This document shows positions 48,379 through 58,675 of a stretch of 64,000 nucleotides of DNA, piece after piece. Source of the stretch: Candidatus Pollutiaquabacter sp. Lineage in GTDB: Bacteria > Bacteroidota > Bacteroidia > AKYH767-A > 2013-40CM-41-45. Below the pieces are notes generated by a model. That model was not told the origin of the DNA. It made no database searches and was given only the letters and a program-made list of their open reading frames with translations. The number at the start of each line of letters is the position of its first letter. Position 1 is the stretch's first letter. The stretch is from the NCBI GenBank assembly GCA_947465495.1, contig CANIAS010000002.1:14274-78273 (forward strand), read 5' to 3'. The position numbers were made by a program, and so were the translations under genes.

Positions 48379-50520
48379 TCAGCTGATTCGCCCCCAATTA
48401 CCAGACTTTTTCAGCACTTGTGACAGCTGTTCCTTGACACCTTGATGATGCGGATCATCCATGTAGGGATCCTGCTTGAGCAATGTCATAGCCGCATCGC
48501 GTGCAACTTGGATCAGTTGACTGTCTTTTGCCAGGTCAGCGATTTTCAAATCCATTAGACCACTCTGCTGGGTACCATCAGCATCGCCTGGGCCCCGAAG
48601 CTGGAGATCCATTTCTGCGATTTTAAATCCATCGTTGGTGTCACACATGGCTTTTAAACGAAGGCGTGCATCCTGACTAAGTTTATAGGAAGACATCAGG
48701 ATGCAATAAGATTGCTCCGCTCCACGGCCTACACGGCCCCTTAGTTGATGCAATTGAGAAAGTCCGAAGCGTTCTGCATTTTCAATGACCATTACAGAAG
48801 CATTCGGCACATTAACACCAACTTCGATGACAGTAGTAGCCACCATTATTTGCGTTTCGTGTTTGACGAATCGTTGCATTTCAAAATCCTTGTCCGCTGA
48901 TTTCATTTTACCATGCACAATACTAACATGATAGTTAGGAGCCGGAAAATCCCTACAGATAGACTCATAGCCTTGCATGAGATTATTAAGGTCCATCTTT
49001 TCCGACTCTTCAATAAGCGGATATACGACATAAACCTGGCGTCCTTTTTCAATTTCTTGTTTCAGAGATGCCCATACTTGTAGCCGATGATGGTCCGTAC
49101 GATGTAATGTTGTTACCGGCTTACGACCTGGCGGCAACTCGTCAATTATGGAAACGTCGAGATCGCCATAGAGTGTCATGGCCAGCGTACGCGGAATCGG
49201 CGTTGCCGTCATAACCAACACATGCGGAGGATTTACATTCTTTTCCCAAAGTCGCGCACGCTGCTGAACACCAAAACGATGCTGCTCATCAACCACGACA
49301 AAGCCAAGATCCTTGAAGCGAACCTGATCCTCAATCAATGCATGGGTTCCGATTAAAATTTGAATACTACCATCCGCAACCCCTTCCAGAGCGGCGCGTC
49401 GCTTTGCAACCTTGGCAGACCCCGTAAGCAAAGCGCAAGTAACGCCTAACCCTTCCAACATTTTACCAATAGAATCAGCGTGTTGATTGGCAAGAATTTC
49501 AGTAGGAGCCATCAAACACGCTTGATAGCCATTATCAATGGCAATTAGCATGCTCATCAGGGCCACCACTGTCTTTCCTGAACCCACATCACCCTGCAAC
49601 AATCGATTCATCTGGTTACCAGAACCAAGGTCTTGCCGTATTTCACGGATGACCCGTTTTTGGGCCTCCGTAAGGGGAAATGGAAGACGTTCTTTAAAAA
49701 AAGCATTGAACTTTTCTCCAACAATTGCGAAATTCATTCCGCGGAATTTCTCGGTTCGAACCAGCTTCTGCTGCAATAATCGAAGTTGCAGGTAAAATAA
49801 TTCTTCGAATTTAAGTCGAACCTCTGCTTGCTTCAGCGATTCAGCAGAATCGGGGAAGTGAATAAGCGATAAGGCTTTTCGACGATCGATAAGTCGAAAG
49901 GAGCGTAGCATTTCTTGCGGCAACGTCTCCTTAAGAGAAGGAGACATTTGCAATTGCAACTGACGCTGGAGCCGCAGTATCCCTTTGCTATCAAGGCCAC
50001 GAGCCTTTAGTTTTTCTGTGGAAGCATACACTGGTTGCAACGAACTAGCGGCTTCTTGCGAAACATCGGAGACCAACTCCAGCTCGGGATGTATCACATT
50101 AACAGTACCATTGAATACAGAAGGTTTTCCAAAAAGCACGTATTCAGCATTAAGCCGTATAGATTGCATAACCCACTTTAGACCTTGAAACCATTTAAGT
50201 TCAAGCGTACCCGCCTCATCCTGAAAGAGTCCGGATAAGTGCTTTCGGCGTTTTTCCCCTTTCACAGTTAGCCGAACAATCCGACCCTTGAGCTGGACGT
50301 AAGGCATTTCGGCATTGATTTCACGCGTCGAATAGAAGCGAGTTCGATCGACATACCTAAACGGAAAATGAAAAAGCAAATCGCCAAAAGAATGAATGCC
50401 CAATTCGGTGCGCAACGACTCCGCACGTTGTGGACCTACCCCTTTGAGGAATTCAATCGGTGTCTCAAAAAAATCTGGAGGTCGCATCTCCTGCAAAAAT
50501 ATAGTTTGTGCTGCCTTCAT
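48379..50520 (-). CDS. recG: ATP-dependent DNA helicase RecG
   Basis: 713 aa. It has the wedge domain, Walker A GDVGSGKT, DEAH-like VVVDEQHRFG and helicase C motifs (QLHQLRGRVGRG). Confidence 0.9.
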   Translation of the reverse strand: MKAAQTIFLQEMRPPDFFETPIEFLKGVGPQRAESLRTELGIHSFGDLLFHFPFRYVDRTRFYSTREINAEMPYVQLKGRIVRLTVKGEKRRKHLSGLFQDEAGTLELKWFQGLKWVMQSIRLNAEYVLFGKPSVFNGTVNVIHPELELVSDVSQEAASSLQPVYASTEKLKARGLDSKGILRLQRQLQLQMSPSLKETLPQEMLRSFRLIDRRKALSLIHFPDSAESLKQAEVRLKFEELFYLQLRLLQQKLVRTEKFRGMNFAIVGEKFNAFFKERLPFPLTEAQKRVIREIRQDLGSGNQMNRLLQGDVGSGKTVVALMSMLIAIDNGYQACLMAPTEILANQHADSIGKMLEGLGVTCALLTGSAKVAKRRAALEGVADGSIQILIGTHALIEDQVRFKDLGFVVVDEQHRFGVQQRARLWEKNVNPPHVLVMTATPIPRTLAMTLYGDLDVSIIDELPPGRKPVTTLHRTDHHRLQVWASLKQEIEKGRQVYVVYPLIEESEKMDLNNLMQGYESICRDFPAPNYHVSIVHGKMKSADKDFEMQRFVKHETQIMVATTVIEVGVNVPNASVMVIENAERFGLSQLHQLRGRVGRGAEQSYCILMSSYKLSQDARLRLKAMCDTNDGFKIAEMDLQLRGPGDADGTQQSGLMDLKIADLAKDSQLIQVARDAAMTLLKQDPYMDDPHHQGVKEQLSQVLKKSGNWGRIS

Positions 50521-50565
50521 CGACTGCTTTCGTGCTGATATTTATACTATTTTTCGCATCAACGC

Positions 50566-51321
50566 ATGGAACAAGAAGCACCTGTTAAGCCAAACGAAGC
50601 AGAGAAGCCATCCCCTGCGAAATTCTCCGTTTCCCAGATGTGGGATGCCGCACTATGGCCGTTGCTTTTTGCCGCCATTTGCTGGGCCGTACATTTTATA
50701 TCAGAAAGAAACCCCGGCGCCAATTCCGCCTGGGGGATTTTTCCCCGAACGAGCATTGGTTTATCAGGCATTTTAACTGCTCCCTTTATCCATGCTGATC
50801 TTGACCATCTCTTGGCCAATACACTTCCAATACTTCTAGTCGGAACAGGCATTTTTCATTTTTATCGCTCGCTTGCCTTCAGAGTCATCGCATTAATCTG
50901 GATACTTGGGGGATTCTGGGTATGGTTAATCGCTAGACCATCCTGGCATATTGGAGCTAGCGGATTGATTTACGGTGGCGTTGTATTTCTCTTTTTCTCA
51001 GGGGTTTTTAGACGAGATATACGCCTGATGGCCATCTCATTTTTAGTGGTTTTTCTGTATGGCAGTCTTGCATGGGGAATTTTACCGATACATCCTGCCC
51101 AATCGTGGGAATCACATCTTTCTGGGAGTATGGCAGGACTATTAGCGGCCATCTACTATCGACACGACGGCCCCCAGCGCCAGAAATTCGACTGGGAAGA
51201 CGAACCACTAGCAGATGACACAGAACATTTAGGGGCTCCATCTGAAGATGAGCAAACATTCACCATCAGGTATGAATACAAACCTGACAAAAAGCAGGTT
51301 GCGCCGGGTGAAAATGATTGA
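50566..51321 (+). CDS. Rhomboid-family intramembrane serine protease
   Basis: 251 aa with about 6 TM helices. The catalytic GASGLIYGG (GxSG) and a downstream His in a TM helix (HLSGSMAGL) are present. Confidence 0.75.
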   Translation: MEQEAPVKPNEAEKPSPAKFSVSQMWDAALWPLLFAAICWAVHFISERNPGANSAWGIFPRTSIGLSGILTAPFIHADLDHLLANTLPILLVGTGIFHFYRSLAFRVIALIWILGGFWVWLIARPSWHIGASGLIYGGVVFLFFSGVFRRDIRLMAISFLVVFLYGSLAWGILPIHPAQSWESHLSGSMAGLLAAIYYRHDGPQRQKFDWEDEPLADDTEHLGAPSEDEQTFTIRYEYKPDKKQVAPGEND

Positions 51322-51458
51322 TCTTTGACTGCCTTATTAACAGCTTCATTGTCGAAATGTTGACGTAACGAATACCATAACGTTGCGTACAATGTAGATA
51401 ACTTTGAATCGGGTCAATCTCGGCCTTATTTCAATCTAACCAACCAATTTAAAAACTG

Positions 51459-54400
51459 ATGAAAAAACTTGTATCGGCCATTAAAGGCCTTGCGATGATC
51501 TGTCTGTTAGCATCGTTGAACGCATCTGCACAGACCACAGACATAGGGGTATCTGCCTTGGTGTCTCCGACTACCAATCTTTGCAGCGGCAGTTTGGATG
51601 TCATCGTTATCATTGAGAATTTCGGCACCAACGACGTGAACAACGCAACCATCGACTGGTCGGTGAACGGAATCCCTCAACCAACGGTAGTATACACCAA
51701 CACTCTTCTATCGGGAGTGACCGACACGGTGATTTTGGGAAGTTATAATTTCCTCCCAGGCACCAGTAACACCTTGATTGCTTCCACGGCTAATCCAAAT
51801 GGATTAGTGGATGACGATAGCTCCAACGATACCTTGGCTAGGACTATCAGCATACCTATGAGCGGAACTTACACCGTTGGCGGTACCGCTCCAAACTTTG
51901 CTAGAATTACGGATGCAATCACAGCACTTTCAACATTCGGAGTGTGCGGCCCTACTACATTCGATATCCGTCCACTCATTGATACGGTTCGAATCATCAT
52001 TCCAACAATTACCGGCGCCAGCGCCAGCAACACAATCACCTTTCAAGCAGAAAACGGTGATAGTTCTTCCGTTAAATTCACATTCCGTTCCGACGTACTT
52101 GCTGCCAATCCCAATTATGTCATCTTGCTGGATGGGGCCGACTATATTAACATCAATCACTTAACCCTTGAAAGAACAGGCCTTGAGCCAAACGCTCGGG
52201 TAATTGAATTTAAAAATAGCTCTTGTAACATAAACATCACCGGTTGCCAACTGATTGGTGCTCCTCAAATACAAGTAGCAAATTCCCTGGCAGCCATCCT
52301 CTATTCTTCAGCGGCTACTCCAACCAACGACTCGAATGTTGTCATTTCTGGCAACCTGCTTAAGAACGGAGCCCTAGGTATTTATATGAATGGAGTCGCT
52401 TCTCTAAATCCAGAAAACGGGGTTGTCATCGATAACAATACCTTTCTAAATCAGTATGCAAAAGGTATGGACTTAACGAATCATGGCGGCTTGGTGGTTC
52501 GCGGAAACACAATCACCACCAACACCGCATATACTCAATTTACTGCCATTGAACTGGACCGTTCGCAGCGTAATCAAAACATTACCAAGAACAAGATTTC
52601 TGGCAATGTAAAAGTTGGCTTGAATTTTATCGATTGTTCGGGCTATAATGGCACCCCGGGATTGGTGGCGAACAACTTTGTTCAAGCAACAGACTCCATT
52701 GGAATTCGTGTCAACAATGGTGATTACCAGCACTATTACTTTAATAGCATCAACATGACGGGTGCCAATTCAGCTGCCTTTGAAATCAGCGGCATTGGTG
52801 TTGGAAATAGGGTAATTGATAATATCATGGCCAATTCAGGTGGAGGAATTTCTTACCGTGTAGCCAATTCAGCCACCGCAGGACTACAATCATCAAATTA
52901 CAACGATCTTTTTTCAACTGGCGCTAACGTAGGGTCCTTTAACGCTACACTAACAGCAACGTTGAATGCATGGAGAACAACAGCAGCACACGATACCAAT
53001 TCTGTAAGCGCTGACCCAACCTTCACCAGTATTACCGACCTTCACACTACTTCAACCGCACTTGATAACACTGGAACACCTGTTACAGGAGTTGCTGACG
53101 ACATCGACAATACTAGCCGCAGTTTGACTACGCCTGATATTGGTGCCGATGAATTCACTGGTATTGCACGCGACTTAGCCGTAACAGCCATCATCGACCC
53201 ATTGAACCTTTCCTGTGGATCAACCAACACTCTGGTATCAGCTATTGTCACCAATTTTGGAGGTGCAACTGCTACTGGTTTCAACGTCTACATGACATCT
53301 TCTCTGACCGGCTCCACAGCCACCGTACTATTTAGCGACAGTCTTCCTTCAGGAGTCAGCGATACCGTCACCTTCTCTAATCCAGTGAACACATCCGCTG
53401 GCGGTATCGTTACATTTAGCGTATATACCGGTTTGGCAATTGATATCGATCGTTCGAACGACACCTTAACCGTAACCCGCACCATTACCGCCATTCCTGC
53501 AGCACCAATAACTACTGGAGACAGCATCTGCGGTGGAGGCTTGGCAACATTGACAGCAACTGGAACTGGAAGCATCAACTGGTATAGCGCTTCAACAGGC
53601 GGAACATCCATTTTCAGCGGCAACTCATTTATAACACCTGCTATCTCAGCTTCTACCGACTACTATGCATCAGTCACTTTTGGCGGATGTGAAGGTCCGC
53701 GTGCAGCTGCATCCGTTACAATACTTCCTCAACCAATAGTTTCACTTGGAAATGACACCAGCGCGATTCAAGGATCTTCTGTTACGCTGAATGCTGGCTC
53801 AGGATTCTCTACCTACCTTTGGAATGATGGCTCTACCGCATCAAGCATCACCGTCACTACGGATGGCTGCTATTCAGTAATTGTATCGAATTCCTATGGT
53901 TGCACTGCAACAGATACGGCTTGTGTACTTTTCGTGCTAGCAACCGATCTTTCGACCGGAGCAATCACCTCACCTACAAATTCGCTTTGCACCTCAAGCA
54001 ATACGCCAGTATCAGTTTGGATATACAATAATGGTCCTAACGACGCTACCAACATCACCATCGTTGCAACCATTGCTGGTAGCGTGAGTACTTCTATCAG
54101 TAATGTCTTTGCCGGACCATTAGCAGTACAGGATAGTGTTGAATTTCTAGTAGGCACCATCAATACTACGAATGGAGGAAACCTCAACATTAGCGCTACC
54201 ATTGACTATTCGTCAGATTCTAACACTGGCAACAACACCACTACCGGAAGTTTCTCATTGTTAGTTCAACCCACACCTCCGGTCACTGTTGATATATCAT
54301 TTTGCGGTACGCAATCAGTGGCGCTTAATGCTACTTCAAGCCAAACCATTTATTGGTACGACGCCCCTACTGGCGGAAATTTATTAGGTCAGGGACCCAT

Positions 54401-54977
54401 TGCTATTTCCAATTTGTCACAGTCCACTACCTTCTACGCGCAATCTGGAATTATTTGCACCAATCAAGACCGCTCTCCATTGAATGTAACCGTGAATCCT
54501 TTACCGGTTGTCAATCTTGGACCTGACACCTCTGTCACGCTGCCAATCACCTTGGATGCCGGCCCTGGATTCCTGAACTATTCTTGGTCTACACTAGCTA
54601 ACACACAGACTATCCTAGTAACACAGTCTGGCAGCTATTACGTAACCGTTGAGAATGCGAGCGGATGTTTGGGATCTGATACAGTAAATGTGCAATTTGG
54701 AGTAGGAGTCACGAGTACACCATTCGTAGCGAATGTTAGCATATACCCTAACCCTACTTCCGGACATTTCATCCTGGAAGGAACTTCACTGGTTAGTGGC
54801 CAGGTTAACCTTTCAGTGACGGACTTACGAGGTGCATTGATTTCTACACAACCTATAAAAGTCACTGCAGGATATATTCATGAGGAGATGAATCTGAATG
54901 GACTTGCCAAAGGAGTTTATACCATTAGATTAATCAGCGAAAATGCAACGCAGCAACTTCGTCTAATTATTGAATAA
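51459..54977 (+). CDS. Large T9SS-secreted surface protein with CARDB-like domains, a right-handed beta-helix, Ig-like domains and a T9SS CTD. Putative adhesin.
   Basis: 1172 aa with a signal peptide. About 3 CARDB-like units are present (e.g. DIGVSALVSPT..., RDLAVTAIIDP..., TDLSTGAITSPT...). An N/T-rich beta-helix region has NIT/GN repeats. Two Ig-like domains carry the IC-GG-TLTA...WY-A-TGG...Y motif. The C-terminal CTD is IYPNPTSGHFILE...GVYTIRL. Confidence 0.8.
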   Translation: MKKLVSAIKGLAMICLLASLNASAQTTDIGVSALVSPTTNLCSGSLDVIVIIENFGTNDVNNATIDWSVNGIPQPTVVYTNTLLSGVTDTVILGSYNFLPGTSNTLIASTANPNGLVDDDSSNDTLARTISIPMSGTYTVGGTAPNFARITDAITALSTFGVCGPTTFDIRPLIDTVRIIIPTITGASASNTITFQAENGDSSSVKFTFRSDVLAANPNYVILLDGADYININHLTLERTGLEPNARVIEFKNSSCNINITGCQLIGAPQIQVANSLAAILYSSAATPTNDSNVVISGNLLKNGALGIYMNGVASLNPENGVVIDNNTFLNQYAKGMDLTNHGGLVVRGNTITTNTAYTQFTAIELDRSQRNQNITKNKISGNVKVGLNFIDCSGYNGTPGLVANNFVQATDSIGIRVNNGDYQHYYFNSINMTGANSAAFEISGIGVGNRVIDNIMANSGGGISYRVANSATAGLQSSNYNDLFSTGANVGSFNATLTATLNAWRTTAAHDTNSVSADPTFTSITDLHTTSTALDNTGTPVTGVADDIDNTSRSLTTPDIGADEFTGIARDLAVTAIIDPLNLSCGSTNTLVSAIVTNFGGATATGFNVYMTSSLTGSTATVLFSDSLPSGVSDTVTFSNPVNTSAGGIVTFSVYTGLAIDIDRSNDTLTVTRTITAIPAAPITTGDSICGGGLATLTATGTGSINWYSASTGGTSIFSGNSFITPAISASTDYYASVTFGGCEGPRAAASVTILPQPIVSLGNDTSAIQGSSVTLNAGSGFSTYLWNDGSTASSITVTTDGCYSVIVSNSYGCTATDTACVLFVLATDLSTGAITSPTNSLCTSSNTPVSVWIYNNGPNDATNITIVATIAGSVSTSISNVFAGPLAVQDSVEFLVGTINTTNGGNLNISATIDYSSDSNTGNNTTTGSFSLLVQPTPPVTVDISFCGTQSVALNATSSQTIYWYDAPTGGNLLGQGPIAISNLSQSTTFYAQSGIICTNQDRSPLNVTVNPLPVVNLGPDTSVTLPITLDAGPGFLNYSWSTLANTQTILVTQSGSYYVTVENASGCLGSDTVNVQFGVGVTSTPFVANVSIYPNPTSGHFILEGTSLVSGQVNLSVTDLRGALISTQPIKVTAGYIHEEMNLNGLAKGVYTIRLISENATQQLRLIIE

Positions 54978-54998
54978 TCGAAAATAGTTCAATGCCAA

Positions 54999-55026
54999 GA
55001 AAGGCTGTCCAACTGGGCAGCCTTTC
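54999..55026. terminator. Bidirectional intrinsic terminator between the adhesin and the PDH E2 gene
   Basis: A 9-bp stem gaaaggctg / cagcctttc is followed by ttattct. Confidence 0.55.
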
Positions 55027-55057
55027 TTATTCTATGGAATTTGGCATTAAATAAAAA

Positions 55058-56332
55058 TCAAATGGAAGCCTCTCCTAATAAAACTACCGGATGCTCCAGT
55101 AGCCCTTTGAACGTACGTAAGAACTCCGAACCAGTAGCCCCATCAACAACACGGTGATCGCAACTCAACGTCACTTTCATTTCATTACCTGGAACAACTT
55201 GACCATTCTTAACAACTGGCTTTTGAAGGATTCCACCTACTGCGAGAATGCAGGCGTCCGGAGGATTAATAATGGCGGTAAATTCTTCTATACCATACAT
55301 ACCCAAGTTGGAAATGGTAAACGTGTTACCTTCCCAGTCTGAAGGCTGCAGCTTCTTTTCTTTTGCTTTTGAAGCATACGACTTGACATCAGCATTGATC
55401 TGACGCAATGTCTTTGTATCTGCAAAACGGACTACCGGCACTAATAATCCCTCGTCAACTGCGACAGCGACGCCTATATTAATGTGGTGGTTAGTTCGAA
55501 TTTTTTCACCCAACCAGGAGGAGTTCACTTTAGGATGCTGACGCAGAGCCGCAGCGGCGGCTTTGATCACAAAATCATTAAAAGAAACCTTTGACCCAGT
55601 CACGGCATTGATACTTTCACGCGCAGCAATGACAGCATCCATATCGATGGATATAGTCAGGTAAAAGTGCGGAGCTGTGAACATACTTTCACTCAAACGA
55701 CGCGCAATAGTTTTGCGCATTTGGGAAATAGGAGACTCCTCGTAACTTTCTTTGCTAAGTCCGGCAGGTTGACCTAAACCTCCAGCAACGTATTGACCTG
55801 GCTTAAACCAATCAATATCTCGCTTTACAATTCGACCGTGATCACCGCTGCCCATGACTTGACGCAGATCAATCCCACGTTCAGTAGCCAGTCGACGGGC
55901 CAATGGAGAGGCTTTGGTGCGTCCGTCGGAAACAGGTAACGCAACTGGAGCCGGCACTTGCTCAGGAGCAGGAATAGAAACTATCGGGGTTGGAGCCAAC
56001 GAAGGTTTAACTTCGGTTGGTTTAGGAGCAAATACCACGGGAGCAGAAGCTACTGGAGCTGTTGCCTGAGACAATAGCGCAGAATAGTCTTCTCCGGGCT
56101 TTCCAATGACCGCGAGCACAGCATCCACTGGCGCACCTTTACCCTCCTCAATGCCGATATAGAGTAGCGTACCTTCTTGATAAGATTCAAATTCCATTGT
56201 TGCCTTATCAGTTTCAATCTCAGCGACTACGTCACCCGGTTTGATTGCATCTCCTATCTTCTTATGCCACTTGGCCACGACGCCTTCGGTCATCGTGTCG
56301 CTCATCTTGGGCATACGGATAATTTCAGCCAT
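55058..56332 (-). CDS. Dihydrolipoyllysine-residue acetyltransferase (E2 of the pyruvate / 2-oxoacid dehydrogenase complex)
   Basis: 424 aa. It has the lipoyl domain EIETDKATME, a Pro/Ala linker, an E3-binding domain and the catalytic domain with DHRVVDGA. Confidence 0.9.
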   Translation of the reverse strand: MAEIIRMPKMSDTMTEGVVAKWHKKIGDAIKPGDVVAEIETDKATMEFESYQEGTLLYIGIEEGKGAPVDAVLAVIGKPGEDYSALLSQATAPVASAPVVFAPKPTEVKPSLAPTPIVSIPAPEQVPAPVALPVSDGRTKASPLARRLATERGIDLRQVMGSGDHGRIVKRDIDWFKPGQYVAGGLGQPAGLSKESYEESPISQMRKTIARRLSESMFTAPHFYLTISIDMDAVIAARESINAVTGSKVSFNDFVIKAAAAALRQHPKVNSSWLGEKIRTNHHINIGVAVAVDEGLLVPVVRFADTKTLRQINADVKSYASKAKEKKLQPSDWEGNTFTISNLGMYGIEEFTAIINPPDACILAVGGILQKPVVKNGQVVPGNEMKVTLSCDHRVVDGATGSEFLRTFKGLLEHPVVLLGEASI

Positions 56333-56366
56333 GTTGCAATTGTATTTTTAAATTCAATTTTAGAAA

Positions 56367-57362
56367 TTATTCGGTGATGAATGGATAATCTGCTTGGACA
56401 TAAACATCTGTAAATAGTTCGGATGGATCCGGCCACGGAGATTCTTCCGAGAATTGGACGCTGTCTTCTACGATATCTTTTACCTTATTAATAATCGCTT
56501 CAATTTCTGCTTCAGTCGCATAGTTCTTATCGCGAATCGTCTTCAGCACTACTTCAACAGGATCTTTCGACTTATAATTCTCCACCTCTTCTTTTGTGCG
56601 GTATTTAGCAGGATCACTCATAGAATGACCTTTATATCGGTAGGTATTAAGTTCCAAGAGATAAGGGCCTTTGCCCTCTCGTGCATGATTGACGGCACGT
56701 TCCATGGCCTCGTGTACAGCTTCCACCGACATCCCATCAACAGGCTCACTTGGCATATCATAAGCAAGCCCCAATTTGTACAACTGAGTAACATTGCTTG
56801 TACGTTCGACGGATGTACCCATCGCGTAGTTATTATTTTCAATAACAAAGATGACTGGCACTTTCCATGTCATCGCAATATTAAAGGTCTCGTGAAGCGC
56901 TCCTTGTCGTACAGCTCCATCCCCCATATAACACACGGTCACCGAATCATTGCCTCGGTACATATCGGCAAAAGCGATACCTGCTCCTAATGGAATCTGA
57001 CCACCAACGATACCATGTCCACCGAAAAACCTGTGCTCCGCATCAAACATGTGCATCGAGCCCCCTTTGCCTTTGCTGCACCCGGTGGACTTTCCATACA
57101 ATTCGGCCATCACCGCTCTGGCAGATGTGCCTTTACCTAATGCATGAGCATGATCACGATACGCTGTAATCATGTTGTCTGTTGGGCGGAGTACCGACAT
57201 GGCGCCAGCAACAATGGCCTCTTGCCCGATGTATAGGTGGCAAAAACCTTTGATTTTTTGCATGCCATACAATTGCCCTGCTCGCTCTTCGAAACGACGC
57301 ATTAGCAACATTTCTTCATACCACTTTAGATAATGCTCCTTGGTGAACTTTGATTTTGCCAT
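56367..57362 (-). CDS. pdhA: Pyruvate dehydrogenase E1 component alpha subunit (TPP-dependent)
   Basis: 331 aa. The TPP-binding region is GDGAVRQGALHETFNIAMTWKVPVIFVIENNNYAMGT. No E1-beta gene is adjacent. Confidence 0.85.
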   Translation of the reverse strand: MAKSKFTKEHYLKWYEEMLLMRRFEERAGQLYGMQKIKGFCHLYIGQEAIVAGAMSVLRPTDNMITAYRDHAHALGKGTSARAVMAELYGKSTGCSKGKGGSMHMFDAEHRFFGGHGIVGGQIPLGAGIAFADMYRGNDSVTVCYMGDGAVRQGALHETFNIAMTWKVPVIFVIENNNYAMGTSVERTSNVTQLYKLGLAYDMPSEPVDGMSVEAVHEAMERAVNHAREGKGPYLLELNTYRYKGHSMSDPAKYRTKEEVENYKSKDPVEVVLKTIRDKNYATEAEIEAIINKVKDIVEDSVQFSEESPWPDPSELFTDVYVQADYPFITE

Positions 57363-57526
57363 TTTTTTGTAAATCTACCGAACGGCAAAGATAGTTTTTC
57401 CGTAGAACTCATCAGCATTTGAAAGTTCCCCGAAAATCGGCTTTTGTTATGGTCTATAAATCTGAATAACAGACACTTAAAAGACTCACGGGAATTACCT
57501 ATATTCGCAGTCCGATTTTAGAGCGT

Positions 57527-58660
57527 ATGAAGAAAATACAGATGGTCGATTTGGTCGGCCAATACGAAAAGATCCAAGCAGAGGTAGATCAGGCTGTTTT
57601 AAACGTGATCCGATCCTCTGCCTTCATCAACGGACCCGAAGTCAAGTCCTTTCAAGCCGAGTTAGAACAATACTTGGGCGTAAAGCATGTAATCCCATGC
57701 GCCAACGGCACGGATGCCCTTCAAATTGTAATGATGGCGCTGAATTTGCAACCTGGAGACGAGGTAATCACCGCAGACTTCACCTATGTGGCTACTGCGG
57801 AAGTTATCGCCTTATTGAAATTGAAACCCGTCTTAGTGGATGTAAATAAAGACACTTTTACGTTAGACGTTGAGGCGGTTGAAAAAGCAATTACTCCGCG
57901 CACAAAAGCCATCGTACCTGTTCACCTTTTCGGACAATGTGCTCCGATGGACGAACTGATGAAGGTTGCACAAAAACACAATCTGTACGTCATCGAAGAC
58001 ACCGCTCAAGCCATAGGTGCAGATTACCATTTTCCGGATGGATCAAAAAAGAAGGCCGGAACTATTGGAACTGCAGGATGCACTTCTTTTTTTCCGTCAA
58101 AAAATCTTGGATGTTACGGCGATGGCGGCGCGATCTATACCAACGATGATGAATTAGGTCAAAAAATCAGAATGATTGCCAACCATGGCCAATCCGTTCA
58201 ATATTATCACGATGAGATTGGTGTGAATTCCAGATTGGATAGCATACAAGCAGCCATCCTTCGAATCAAACTTCGTCAACTTGATGGATACGCCAAAGCA
58301 AGGCAGTCCGTTGCCGATTATTACGACCAGGCATTCTCGGGATCGGAAAAAGTAATTATTCCTAAACGCGCCAGTTATTCCGACCATGTTTTTCACCAAT
58401 ATACGCTCGTATTGAATGGTGTTGATCGAACCAAAATGCGAGAATACCTTGCAGCGAAGGACATACCTGCCATGATCTACTACCCGGTTCCATTGCATTT
58501 GCAAAAAGCCTACCGGGACGATCGTTATAAGTCTGGCGACTTCCCTGTCACCGAATGGCTCTGCGCGAATGTTATTTCGCTACCCATACATACGGAAATG
58601 GACGAAGAGACCCTACGCTATATAACAGGACACGTTCTTGATTTCTTAAACGCTAACTGA
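57527..58660 (+). CDS. DegT/DnrJ/EryC1/StrS-family PLP-dependent sugar aminotransferase (WbpE/WlbC-like)
   Basis: 377 aa. The family is recognisable throughout. The PLP-lysine region is FFPSKNLGCYGDGGAI. Confidence 0.85.
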   Translation: MKKIQMVDLVGQYEKIQAEVDQAVLNVIRSSAFINGPEVKSFQAELEQYLGVKHVIPCANGTDALQIVMMALNLQPGDEVITADFTYVATAEVIALLKLKPVLVDVNKDTFTLDVEAVEKAITPRTKAIVPVHLFGQCAPMDELMKVAQKHNLYVIEDTAQAIGADYHFPDGSKKKAGTIGTAGCTSFFPSKNLGCYGDGGAIYTNDDELGQKIRMIANHGQSVQYYHDEIGVNSRLDSIQAAILRIKLRQLDGYAKARQSVADYYDQAFSGSEKVIIPKRASYSDHVFHQYTLVLNGVDRTKMREYLAAKDIPAMIYYPVPLHLQKAYRDDRYKSGDFPVTEWLCANVISLPIHTEMDEETLRYITGHVLDFLNAN

Positions 58661-58675
58661 TTATTTTTCCCATTC

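Noticed and set aside
56367-57362. Absence of a PDH E1 beta subunit next to E1 alpha and E2 was considered as a possible pseudogene or deletion.
   Set aside because: E1 alpha and E2 are intact and 34 nt apart. In many Bacteroidota pdhB sits elsewhere, so there is no evidence of decay here.
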